From assembly GCA_964016885.1 (NCBI GenBank), contig CAXHJY010001104.1:1-19497 (forward strand): DNA of 19,497 nt. The letters are read 5' to 3'. The notes below the pieces were generated by a model. It was not told the DNA's origin and did not search any database. It worked only from the letters and a program-made list of their open reading frames with translations. Each line of letters begins with the position of its first letter. Within the stretch, counting starts at the first letter, position 1. A program made the translations under genes and the position numbers. Source of the DNA: Eledone cirrhosa. Taxonomy: Eukaryota. Below, in pieces: positions 1 through 8,923 of this stretch.

Positions 1-240
1 ATATTTATATATATGTGTGTGTGTGTATATATGTGTATATAGATTATATTTATATATATGTGTGTGTGTGTGTATATATGTGTATATAGATATATTTATA
101 TATATGTGTGTGTGTGTGTATATATGTGTATATAGATATATTTATATATATGTGTGTGTGTGTGTATATATGTGTATATAGATATATTTATATATGTGTG
201 TGTGTGTGTATATATGTGTATATAGATATATTTATATATG
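1..240. repeat. Tandem minisatellite, ~46-48 bp unit built from (TA)/(TG) runs, ~5 copies
   Basis: The unit ATATTTATATATATGTGTGTGTGTGTATATATGTGTATATAGAT recurs five times; length varies only in the (TG)n/(TA)n runs. Confidence 0.9.
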
Positions 241-396
241 TGTGTGTGTTTTTATGTGTGTATATGTGTATGTGTATGTGTGTTTATGGTTGCGCGCGAG
301 TGTGTGAGTGAGTGTGTTTTTTTGTGAATGTGTCTGTTGATTTTTGGCATATAGTTGATTAGTTTAAGAGAAGTTCGAAGATACACCCATCCCACT

Positions 397-434
397 CCCC
401 GCCCTCTCCTACCACTTGTAGAGACCTATAAATA
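397..434 (+). promoter_or_regulatory. Possible Pol II core promoter (GC box plus TATA box) just upstream of a hammerhead motif
   Basis: CCCCGCCC at 397-404 and TATAAATA at 427-434, ~30 nt before the hammerhead stem I at 457. These are short motifs, so function is inferred only from context. Confidence 0.3.
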
Positions 435-456
435 CCATATTTATTTTTTGATACCC

Positions 457-507
457 AGATTCCTGATGATTTCTAAAGAATGAAACAGTTCTAGTCCAGT
501 AGAATCT
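457..507 (+). ncRNA. Type I hammerhead ribozyme motif (Penelope-type)
   Basis: Stem I AGATTC(457-462)/GAATCT(502-507), 6 bp. Core CTGATGA 463-469. Stem II T.TTC-TAAA-GAA.T. GAAA 482-485. Stem III AC...GT around a decayed palindrome centred on CTAG. Cleavage triplet GTA 499-501. A (TA)n tract follows at ~512. Confidence 0.7.
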
Positions 508-675
508 CATCTATATATATATATATATATATTCACACACACTTACATGTGTGTGTGTGTCTAGATGCCTGTTTCAAGATCCAGTAGAAAGCAACTGAAG
601 CTCTGCCCTGATAAGAACTATACCTCGATATGCACAGAGACAGTTATTCCCCACAGCTTCTGTTTGAATCCGCCA

Positions 676-888
676 GACGGCGCTGGCCGTCAGCTTTTCA
701 ATGTCCATAGCTAGAAGGCTTTCCAGATATTTAGTCGTACCTCGGTCAAATCCCGCTGAGGTTAGCTTAGCTTATCACCTTTATAGGGTCGATAAAATAT
801 AGTACCAGTAAAGTATAGTACCAGTCAATTTAATCGACTTTCCCTTCCCCTGAAATGATTGTCCTTGTGACTAAATCAAAATCTATTA
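676..888 (+). mobile_element. Degenerate tRNA-derived SINE (octopus-type family)
   Basis: B-box-like GGTCAAATCCCGCTGAGG at ~744, then AGGGTCGATAAAATATAGTACCAGT...AATCGACT...CCTTGTG. Aligns by eye to the copies at 19340-19497 (+) and 1276-1462 (-). Family assignment is from recall. Confidence 0.75.
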
Positions 889-899
889 TAGTGTAAGTG

Positions 900-1105
900 G
901 TTGGCTATTCACAGTCACGTGTACACTCTGAATGTAATTCTCAGACAAAATCAGCATGAGACAGTATGTGACATGACTGAACTTTCGAGAGCCTTTCAAT
1001 GACGTCCAATCCGATACGCTTCCTCGGTTCCATACATTTTCCTTCTACGTATACGTCTATCCAATTCTCGCCGAAGCAGCAGTCTCACCACTAAGCCACG
1101 CGGGC
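900..1105 (-). mobile_element. Decayed fragments of a second SINE family, with a tRNA-like head on the minus strand
   Basis: The minus strand of ~1085-1103 reads CGCGTGGCTTAGTGGTGAG (A-box TGGCTTAGTGG). 915-985 resembles a recalled octopus SINE body (GTAATTCTCAG...TCAGC.TGA.ACAG..TGTGACA). Heavily diverged. Confidence 0.4.
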
Positions 1106-1275
1106 GACTTCATGCTAAAGTGAATCACACTGTGATGTACATGGAACATTAACCGTCCATCTTGTCCACTGGTCTGACATTCATCGGAAGTTAGATTTAT
1201 AAGCCTCACTCATTGTGCTGTTTAGACAGTAAAACATATATAATAATAACAATGATGATGATAATAATCACGATA

Positions 1276-1462
1276 ATTTCTACTATAAGCATAAGACCAG
1301 CAATTTTATTTTTTGGGGGTAGGAAGGGTAGATTAAATCGACCCCAGTGCATTACTGATACTTTATTTTATCGACCCCGTAAGGATGAAAGGCAAGTTAA
1401 CCTCGGAGGGACACAACTCTATGCTGCAAAGCATGATCTCCGAAACTCTACCAATATTGCCA
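1276..1462 (-). mobile_element. tRNA-derived SINE, internally deleted copy
   Basis: The reverse complement gives TTGGCAATAT...CATGCTTTGCAGCAT...CCCTCCGAGGTTAACTTGCCTTTCATCCTTACGGGGTCGATAAAATAAAGTATCAGTAATGCACTGGGGTCGA, closely matching 19348-19493. An (ATT/ATC)n tail lies at ~1240-1275. Confidence 0.85.
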
Positions 1463-1467
1463 AAGAA

Positions 1468-1535
1468 TTCGACTATAGGCACAAGGCGAGCAATTTCAAA
1501 GATAGTGGAAAATCGGTTAAATCGAACTAAGTATA
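1468..1535 (-). mobile_element. 3' fragment of another copy of the same SINE
   Basis: ACTATAGGCACAAGGCGAGCAATTT...TTAAATCGA parallels ACTATAAGCATAAGACCAGCAATTT...TTAAATCGA at 1282-1341. Confidence 0.6.
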
Positions 1536-1797
1536 TCGTCCGACACCCTACCGATGCTTCTAATGATAATTAATTTCATTGTTTTGGCCACAGGGGCCAA
1601 CAGAAAGGGGACACTACAAATAAAGGAATATAATGGACGAGAATATAACAATAACAATAAGAATAACAAACTAGACTAAGAGTGAAACATGGCTGCTGAG
1701 TAAATGGAACGTAACTAGACTTTATCCTGACTTGTATCACCGTAATGTATATAATCAATCACGTGGACATTTGAACTGATGTTACACAGATACAGTT

Positions 1798-2277
<480 letters not shown>

Positions 2278-2541
2278 TGTGTATCTGAACGGACTGGATA
2301 TGATTTTAGAAACCACTATAGCGCATCCGGTGCATTTGGTGGGGGGTGGATGTTGTGCACTTCAATTCATTCACGTACACCCTACTGTGATTGTTTGATC
2401 ATCATTTGTGCAGTCTCATCTGTACCGCGTGACTTTGCCATTGTTTGTCTTTTGTTTTACCGCACGACACCGAAAACGTCAGCCATTTTGTCTTTCTAAT
2501 TTTTCTCGTTTTTCCACATATAATCACCCCCCTGCAGTCTA

Positions 2542-2761
2542 CACACTAGCATTTGTTGCTCTTATAGATGTAAATAAGACCCTTATTGCTCCAGTGAGTC
2601 CTTCAAGGGTTAATGAAATAGAATACTCTCGTTATTTCATTTAAAATAACCCACACTGTCATTTGTTGGTCTTATAGATGTAAATAAGACCCTTATTGCT
2701 TCACTCAGTCCTTCTAGGGTTGATGAAATAGAATACTCTCGTTATTTCACATATAATAATC
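2542..2761. repeat. Direct tandem duplication, 110-bp period, 2 copies
   Basis: ATTTGTTG.TCTTATAGATGTAAATAAGACCCTTATTGCT...TGAAATAGAATACTCTCGTTATTTCA starts at 2551 and again at 2661. Confidence 0.9.
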
Positions 2762-2801
2762 CATACACACCCTCGTTTACATACTATCAGTTGCTATAGT
2801 A

Positions 2802-3092
2802 CAGTCATGGGCAACTTGCGGGCCGCGAAGCTTTCTGAATGGCTCGCCTAACTCACATAAGTGAAATCTCTCCGATTATGTTACCCCAACTTTTCAGTCG
2901 TAATTTATCTTTCTATCATTTTTACGATCGAGGAAAACAACGTGTACGAATTCTGAAGAGACAAATCAAAACGACTTGAGTTACCGCTCTTTGTTTTAAT
3001 GTAGGCACGAATGTAAATTAGCGCTTGTGGCCCGCCTGATGATGAGCCATATCTCATGCGGCCCACTTTTCGAAAAAGCTTGCCATTGCCTG
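2802..3092. mobile_element. Non-autonomous hAT (Charlie-like) DNA transposon / MITE, 291 bp
   Basis: Left end CAGTCATGGGCAAC versus the reverse complement of the right end CAGGCAATGGCAAG (10/14). Subterminal GCGG(G)CC/GGCCC motifs are typical of Charlie-type elements. The flanks CTATAGTA and GTCTAGGT share the central TAG of the NTCTAGAN target but match only 4/8. Confidence 0.7.
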
Positions 3093-3114
3093 GTCTAGGT
3101 TATGTAAATAAAAC

Positions 3115-3182
3115 CCTTCATGTGTCAATGAAATAAAGTACCAGTCAAGTACAAATTTGCTGGTCTTTGGGCTGAATTAAAC
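3115..3182 (+). mobile_element. Short decayed SINE 3' fragment
   Basis: GTCAATGAAATAAAGTACCAGTCAAGTAC and AAATTTGCTGGTCTTTGGGC match the SINE body and tail seen at 19457-19482 and in the 1276-1462 copy. Confidence 0.55.
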
Positions 3183-3376
3183 ATTTATATACGTAAGAAT
3201 TGTATTTGAGGGGTGGGGGTGAGTAGAACCTTGTATTCTTTTATCTTTTATGTCCATTTTTCCAATGACTAGCGTCTGAAACATCAAGACCCTCTTCCTG
3301 CTATTTCAAGCGTTGACCTAATATATTACTTCCATATACTGTATCGATTGTGTTGTTATTTCTGTTTACTTTCTAC

Positions 3377-3409
<33 letters not shown>

Positions 3410-3446
3410 AATATAGAAGTAGTACCACAATAGTTACTTCAGCACC

Positions 3447-3488
3447 ATCGAGAACAATTATTTCACCTTATTCGCATCATCAGCTCGG

Positions 3489-3489
<1 letters not shown>
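3447..3489 (-). ncRNA. Minimal type I hammerhead ribozyme motif
   Basis: The minus strand reads ACCGAG-CTGATGA-TGCGAATAAGGT-GAAA-TAATTG-TT-CTCGAT. Stem I is 5/6 paired, the core is intact, stem II is weak, stem III is near-palindromic (ATAATTGT), and the triplet is GTT. Confidence 0.6.

Positions 3490-3491
<2 letters not shown>

Positions 3492-3547
<56 letters not shown>
3492..3547. repeat. (TA)n microsatellite
   Basis: Pure TA run separating two unique islands; a second pure run lies at ~3743-3787. Confidence 0.95.
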
Positions 3548-3551
<4 letters not shown>

Positions 3552-3652
3552 AAGATGTATGGTAGGTCGTATGTGAATCGCGATGATCACGTCTGACTTA
3601 CCAAATATGTGACGGTAGCTAGTTAAGCTCTATGCGTATACGCAGAGCAGAA

Positions 3653-3700
3653 ATGATAAGTCCCACCATGGAGTCGGACGAAACGGCTGTCGGCAATAAA
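3653..3700 (+). ncRNA. Decayed hammerhead-like motif followed by AATAAA
   Basis: ATGATAA (2 mismatches to CTGATGA)-GTCC...GGAC-GAAAC-GGCT-GTC, with AATAAA at 3695-3700. Stem I does not pair, so it is probably inactive. Confidence 0.45.
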
Positions 3701-3739
3701 CTTGTTATAATGTCATAATAGTTCCTTTGTTCTTTTTCA

Positions 3740-3781
<42 letters not shown>

Positions 3782-3790
<9 letters not shown>

Positions 3791-3834
3791 GTGGTTACAC
3801 AGCAGTTAGTTCACCATACCGGATCCTCAGCTCG
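3782..3834 (-). repeat. Deleted paralog of the 3413-3487 hammerhead-bearing segment
   Basis: TATAGAAGTGGTTACACAGCAGTTA resembles TATAGAAGTAGTACCACAATAGTTA, and TTCACCATACCGGATCCTCAGCTCG resembles TTCACCTTATTCGCATCATCAGCTCG. The minus strand retains CGAG-CTGAGGA-TCCGGTATGGT-GAAC, but stem III and the 3' strand of stem I are lost. Confidence 0.6.
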
Positions 3835-3877
3835 TAATGGACATGGTTATACGGAACAGGAAGGACAACCGTACGAA

Positions 3878-3889
3878 CGCGCATGCGCA
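3878..3889. promoter_or_regulatory. NRF1/Ewg-type palindromic motif
   Basis: CGCGCATGCGCA fits YGCGCATGCGCR exactly and sits in a locally CpG-rich island. Confidence 0.4.
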
Positions 3890-4015
3890 GAAACGGTCAC
3901 TTCACTCAGGCAATACTAAATTGCGTGCGAGCGGTGTAATGGAGATAACTGTGAAAGTCCGAAAGTTTCTAGTTGATAAGAAAATTAGGATGTTGTTGTA
4001 ATTCAATCCGGAGCT

Positions 4016-4084
4016 TTGTAGTTATGTCAGAGGTGTTTCCAGACGTGTGGACAACGTCTGGAAAGAACTCTTACATAACTACAA
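4016..4084. other. Long imperfect hairpin (~31-bp stem, 7-nt loop)
   Basis: TTGTAGTTATGT/ACATAACTACAA (12 bp), AGAG/CTCT (4 bp), TTTCCAGACGT/ACGTCTGGAAA (11 bp), loop GTGGACA. Confidence 0.85.
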
Positions 4085-4225
4085 GTAACTTGTGGTTACT
4101 AGAGGCGACGCTGTAACTGTGTCCGTCTCTCGTTGAGTTGTGCTCCAGGTTTAAGGCAGCTGTAGTTTGCAGGGTGTACATATATAGTGAAAAAAAGAAT
4201 TGCGGCTTTTTATAAAACTTTATTA

Positions 4226-4311
4226 CATATTATAATTGTTTCTGTATCGATCAGTTCGAGTTTGATCATCTGATCGGATCTCGACTCTTCATCGACACTT
4301 CTTCAGATATG
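4226..4311 (-). ncRNA. Type I hammerhead ribozyme motif with long extended stem II
   Basis: The minus strand reads CATAT-CTGAAGA-A-GTGTCGAT..TCGAG..GATCA-GA-TGATC..CTCGA..ATCGATAC-A-GAAA-CAATTA-TA-ATATG, then T-AATAAA (plus 4219-4224). Stem I is 5 bp. There is one A.A at the base of stem II and one C.A in stem III. Confidence 0.7.
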
Positions 4312-4528
4312 AGTTTTTACATGGGCTATCTCATCGAAAATGTTGATATATATATATATACGTGTGTGTGTGTGTGTGTGTGTGTGTACCCGGCCTAGAT
4401 ATATATAAAGAGGGAACGAGAGAGAGATGGAGCGGGTGATATGTATTTGTGTGTGTGTGAGAGAGAGAGACAGAATCAGAATCGAAGAAATTACTGAGTG
4501 AATGAGAAGTAAGGCAAACTGCATAAAC

Positions 4529-4616
4529 ATTGACAAAAAGGAGAAGACACACACACACACACGCACACGCACACGCATGCACGCACGCACGCACACACGC
4601 ACACGCACACACACGC

Positions 4617-4662
<46 letters not shown>

Positions 4663-4895
4663 AATCACGTACACACACATATACACACACGTAATCACGT
4701 ACACACACACATATATATATATATATGAAAATTGACAAAAATGAGAAGGGATACACACACACACATATACACACATGTAATCACGTACACGCACATATAT
4801 ACATATATGAAAATTGACAAAAAGGAGAAGGGATACACACACACACACACACATACACACACGTACACACACATATACATATATATGAAAACAAA
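4529..4895. repeat. Higher-order repeat of (CA)n/(TA)n with unique spacers
   Basis: ATTGACAAAAA(G/T)GAGAAG occurs at ~4529, 4731 and 4813; GTAATCACGTACAC occurs at 4661, 4691 and 4777. Confidence 0.85.
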
Positions 4896-4899
4896 TATC

Positions 4900-6715
4900 T
4901 GGGGAGAAAGGGAAAGACAAAGGGAGACAAATCATGTCAAGAAAGTCAAGCTTAAGTTGAGACCTGCAGGGGATAAGTAAAGTTGAGAGAGAGAAGGGGA
5001 GAGAAAGGAGAGAAGATGTGATATGAGAGAGGCGAGACAGAGGGCGAGTGACAAGAAAGGAAGGAGGCAAAATGGAGTGTGATGAATAGGATGTAGAGAG
5101 AAATATATTTGAGATGGGGGGAGGGGAAGAAGAGGAAGAAAGATAAAATGGAAGAGGAAGAGTGATTAAACGAAGAGGAGACAGAGGGGGATGATTATAG
5201 GAAATAATAGGGGAGGGGAAGCGGAGGATGGGGAGGAGGAGGTGGTGATATAGGATGGAGATGAGACAAAGAAGGAGGAAGAGGAGGGGGAATATATTGG
5301 ACAGGCAGAGGAAGAGAGTGCGAGGGGAGAGAGATATATATAGTATGGAGGCGGTTAAGGAAGATGAAGAAGAAAAGGAGGAAGATAGTATGAGAGGAGA
5401 GTGAGTGAGAGAAAGAGACACAGATTATGAAAGAGGTGGTGAGAGGAGAGTAAGAAGAGGAAGCGAGAGAGAGAGGGGGAGATAGTATGAGAGCAGGTAA
5501 GAGGGACCTGAAAAGAGAGAGAGAGATATAGTTAGGTGGATGTGAGAGAGAAAGTAAGAGGAGAGGAAGAGACAGAGAGAGATGGTATGAGAGGTGGTGG
5601 GAGTAAGATGAAAAGAGCTGGTATGAGGTGAGGAGAGAGAGATGGTATGAGGTAAGAAGAGAGAGAGAGAGAGAGGAGGTAGGAGTAAGAGAGAGATAGA
5701 GGGGTGGTGGAAGTAAGATGAGGAGGTAGGAGTAAGTGAGATAGAGAGAGGAGGTAGGAGTAAGAGAGAGATAGAGGGGTGGTGGTAGTAAGATGAGGAG
5801 GTATGAGGTAAGAAGAGAGAGAGAGGGGGTAGTAAGATGAGGAGGTAGGAGTAAGAGAGAGAGAGAGAGAAGGTAGGAGTAAGATGAGGAGGTATGAGGT
5901 AGGAGTAAGAGAGAGAGAGGGGGTAGTAAGATGAGGAGGTGTGAGGTAAGAAGAGAGAGAGGGGGTAGTAAGATGAGGAGGTATAAGGTAAGACGAGAGA
6001 GGGGGTAATAAGATGAGGAGGTAGGAGTAAGAGAGAGAAGGTAGGAGTAAGATGAGGAGGTAGGAGTAAGAGAGAGAGAGAGGGGGTATTAAGATGAGAA
6101 AGTAAGAGAGGAGGTAGGAGTAAGATGAGGAGGTATGAGGTAAGAAGAGAGAGAGGGGGGTAATAAGATGAGGAGGTATGAGGTAAGAAGAGAGAGAGAG
6201 AGGGGGTAGTAAGATGAGGAGGTATGAGGTAAGAGAGAGGGGGGTAATATGATGAGGAGGTAGGAGTAAGAGAGAGAGAGAGATAGGGGGGGGGGTAGTA
6301 AGATGAGGAGGTATGAGGTAAGAAGAGAGAGAGATGGGGTAGTAAGATGAGGAGGTATGAGGTAAGAAGAGAGAGAGAGAGGGGGGTAGCAAGATGAGGA
6401 GGTATGAGGTAAGAAGAGAGAGGAGGTAGGAGTAAGAGAGAGATAGAGGGGTGGTGGAAGGAAGATGAGGAGGTATGAGGTAAGAAGAGAGAGATAGAGG
6501 GGTGGTGGGAGGAAGATGAGGAGGTATGAGGTAAGAAGAGAGAGATAGAGGGGTGGTGGGAGGAAGATGAGGGGGTATGAGGTAAGAAGAGAGAGATAGA
6601 GGGGGGGGTAGTAAGATGAGGAGGTATGAGGTAAGAAGAGAGCGAGAGAGGGGGGGGTAGTAAGTTGAGGAGGTATGAGGTAAGAAGAGAGAGGAGGTAG
6701 GAGTAAGATGAAAAG
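4900..6715. repeat. Purine-rich low-complexity tract; 5580-6715 is a ~40-50 bp minisatellite
   Basis: The + strand is almost free of C. The unit GTAAGATGAGGAGGTATGAGGTAAGAAGAGAGAGAGAGGGGGTA and its variants repeat many times. Confidence 0.9.
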
Positions 6716-6837
6716 AGTGTGAAATGAGGCTATGTCTGTTGGGAAATCAAGGCGAAACGCTTAATAAAATCTACTGGATTGGTATGGCGAGTAACTCATG
6801 CGAGTAGATATTGACTGTTTAAGGTGACTTGTTATAT

Positions 6838-7640
6838 AGTGGAGGAGGGGGGGCGTGGTGGTGGGGGTGGGCGTATTGGTCGGGTGGAGCTTAGTGGTGG
6901 GGAGTTATTGGGGGTAGGGGGGAGGCGTATTGGCGGCGGGGGGGGGTGCTTAGTGGTGGTGGGGTATTGGTTTTAGTGGTAGGCGTTAGTGAGGGGGGTG
7001 TTATTGGGGGTATTGGCGGTGGGGGGGGGCTTAGTGGTGGGGGTATTGATGGTGGTGGTGAGAGGGGTGGTGGAGGTATTGTTGGTGTTGGTGGTGAGGA
7101 CCATGGTGGTGAAAGGGGTAGTGGGGTATTGGTGGTGGTGTTTAGATATGGGTGGTGGTGGTGTTGGTGAAGGGGTTTGTAGAGAGAGGGGTGGTGGTGT
7201 TGGGGTATTGGTGGTGGTGTTGGTGCTGTTTGGGTATTGGTGGTGGGTGTGGTGGTGGTGGTGTTGGTGTTAGTGGTGGTAGTGGTGAGGAGGGGGTAGT
7301 GGGGGATGGCGGGGTGGGGGTGGTGGGTTTGTTGTTGTTGGTGGTGGTGGTGGTGGTGCGAGGGTCAGTAGAGAGAGAGAGAGAGGGGATGGTGGTGGTG
7401 GTGGTGGTGACATTGTCGTTGCTGTAATATAGAGGGTGGTAGGGAGAGGGGGTGTAGTTGATGGTGATGATGATGGTGTTGTTGGTGGCGAGGGGGCCTA
7501 GTGGAGAGAGGGGTGGTGGTGGTGGTGGGTGGTGTTTGTGATGTTGCTGCTGCTGTAATATAGAGGGTGTTTGAGAGGATGGTGGTGGTGGTGGTGGTGG
7601 TGGTGGTGGTGGTTGTGTTGTTGTTGATGATAGTGATAGT
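6838..7640. repeat. G-rich (GGT)n / poly-G low-complexity tract
   Basis: Numerous GGG+ runs and (GGT)n stretches; the sub-motif GCTGTAATATAGAGGGTG is duplicated at ~7421 and ~7552. Confidence 0.9.
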
Positions 7641-7739
7641 TCATTTGTGTACTTTTATAATATGATTTTCGTAAACGTTGCGTTTCACCGTATGTTTACA
7701 TCAGAGTGAGAGTGTGTGTGTGTGGGGGGGGGGGCTTGA

Positions 7740-7808
7740 TATACATATACACTTGTGTATATATACATATATATATATACATAAACGCGCACACACACTT
7801 CTATATAA

Positions 7809-7841
<33 letters not shown>

Positions 7842-7901
7842 TAAGCAGCCGCCCCCACACACAAATATATATACATATATATATATGTGGGTGTATGTAT
7901 G

Positions 7902-7950
<49 letters not shown>

Positions 7951-8094
7951 GTACACACATATATAAAAACGCAAACACACACACATATACTGTATATACA
8001 CACACATAAACAGCCGCCCCCAACCACAAATATATATAATTATATATATATACATATATATACGTGGGTGTATGTATGCAGGTAGACTTATACA

Positions 8095-8153
<59 letters not shown>

Positions 8154-8221
8154 GTACACACATATATAAATAAAAATGCACACAAACACAAACATATACA
8201 CAATACACCAACACTCATACA

Positions 8222-8264
<43 letters not shown>

Positions 8265-8345
8265 GTATGTATATATATACAGTGTGGGTGTATGGATGTT
8301 CATGCATATATATATGTATATACATCTCAAACACATCTCTATATA
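7740..8345. repeat. Compound TA/CA/CT microsatellite with internal ~160-200 bp duplication
   Basis: CACATAA.CAGCCGCCCC...GTGGGTGTATGTATG occurs at ~7838-7901 and ~8003-8078; ACACGTACACACATATATAAA occurs at ~7947 and ~8150. Confidence 0.85.
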
Positions 8346-8633
8346 TATTTGTGTACGTGTGTATTCTATCGGAAACTATATTACACAACATGGAGATGGT
8401 ATGTGAGAAAGGCTATATATTGATAGTATAGCAGCACTATTTAATTATCTCCCTTTACTACGCTCTTCATTCGGAAAAAAGCAAATAGTAACAGACACAC
8501 ACACATAGACAGAGAGAGAGGAAAAAAATCTAAAAACAAATACGTTTTCCCTTTCACCGCAATAGTAATCGAATACAACTTTTATCCTTCCACATTCGAT
8601 GAAATATGTACACATATTGTTGTGAAAGATGCT

Positions 8634-8735
8634 AAGATGGCTCAGTCGATAGAGCGTCGGATAGAATGCTTTATGGTATTTGTTCCAGCACTCTGCTCTT
8701 TGAGCTCAAATACCGCTGAGGTCAGCTTAACCTTT
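8634..8735 (+). mobile_element. 5' half of tRNA-derived SINE
   Basis: A-box-like TGGCTCAGTCGATAGAGCGTCGG, then AATGCTTTATGGTATTT and B-box-like GAGCTCAAATACCGCTGAGGTCAGCTT, matching 744-770 and 19411-19440. Confidence 0.7.
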
Positions 8736-8883
8736 TTTTTTACCTCTATATCTCTTTCTTATTTTCTCTGGTAGAAATCTGCTGTACTTAGGCTTGTTGA
8801 GAAGACGAGCTCCTATTGGCATTGAATACGTATATATATGTATATATGTATATAGAAAAACCACAGACCCTCCATCTCATCTC

Positions 8884-8923
8884 TACTTTTGAAAAGCAGA
8901 ACAACTGCGAAACCGGTAAAGGA
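8884..8923 (+). ncRNA. Minimal type I hammerhead motif with U3-A8 core variant
   Basis: TACTT-TTGAAAA-GCAG-AACAA-CTGC-GAAA-CCGG-TA-AAGGA. Stem II is 4 bp, stem III is the palindrome ACCGGT, the triplet is GTA (8916-8918) and stem I is 4/5 paired. AATAAA lies at 8928-8933. Confidence 0.6.

Noticed and set aside
608-635. CTGATAA...GATA hammerhead-like string
   Set aside because: Two core mismatches and no pairing stems.
1213-1573. 105-aa and 62-aa ORFs with normal-looking composition
   Set aside because: They lie over antisense SINE copies, so these are chance open frames.
1572-1700. Possible LINE 3' end on the minus strand (CCCCTGTGGCCAAAACAATGAAATTA)
   Set aside because: Only vague recall of similar ends and no coding remnant to support it.
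2542-2761. Regularly spaced repeats as a CRISPR array (also considered for 13222-14092)
   Set aside because: These are whole-unit tandem duplications with no unique spacers, in a eukaryotic context with no cas genes.
2953-2985. CTGAAGA-GA-CAAA-TC-AAAAC
   Set aside because: G12 is missing and there is no stem I pairing.
3036-3060. CTGATGA followed by a TGAG/CTCA stem inside the MITE
   Set aside because: No GAAA follows the stem, and there is no stem III or stem I.
4084-4102. Small hairpin ending in CTAG as a Helitron 3' end
   Set aside because: The hairpin is AT-rich and overlaps the CTAG, the next base is A rather than T, and no 5' TC end can be defined.
4303-6392. 372-aa and 286-aa Leu/Ser/Pro-rich minus-strand ORFs
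   Set aside because: They arise from pyrimidine-rich and (GT)n low-complexity DNA and contain no domain-like sequence.
6721-6768. GGCGAAACGCTTAATAAA, resembling a hammerhead 3' half plus poly(A) signal
   Set aside because: There is no recognisable CTGANGA core or stem I upstream.
7674-7704. Minus-strand CTGATGT...GGT-GAAAC-GCAAC-GTT hammerhead-like string, loosely similar to 3461-3483
   Set aside because: A9 is changed, stem II is poor and there is no stem I pairing; at best a very decayed relic.
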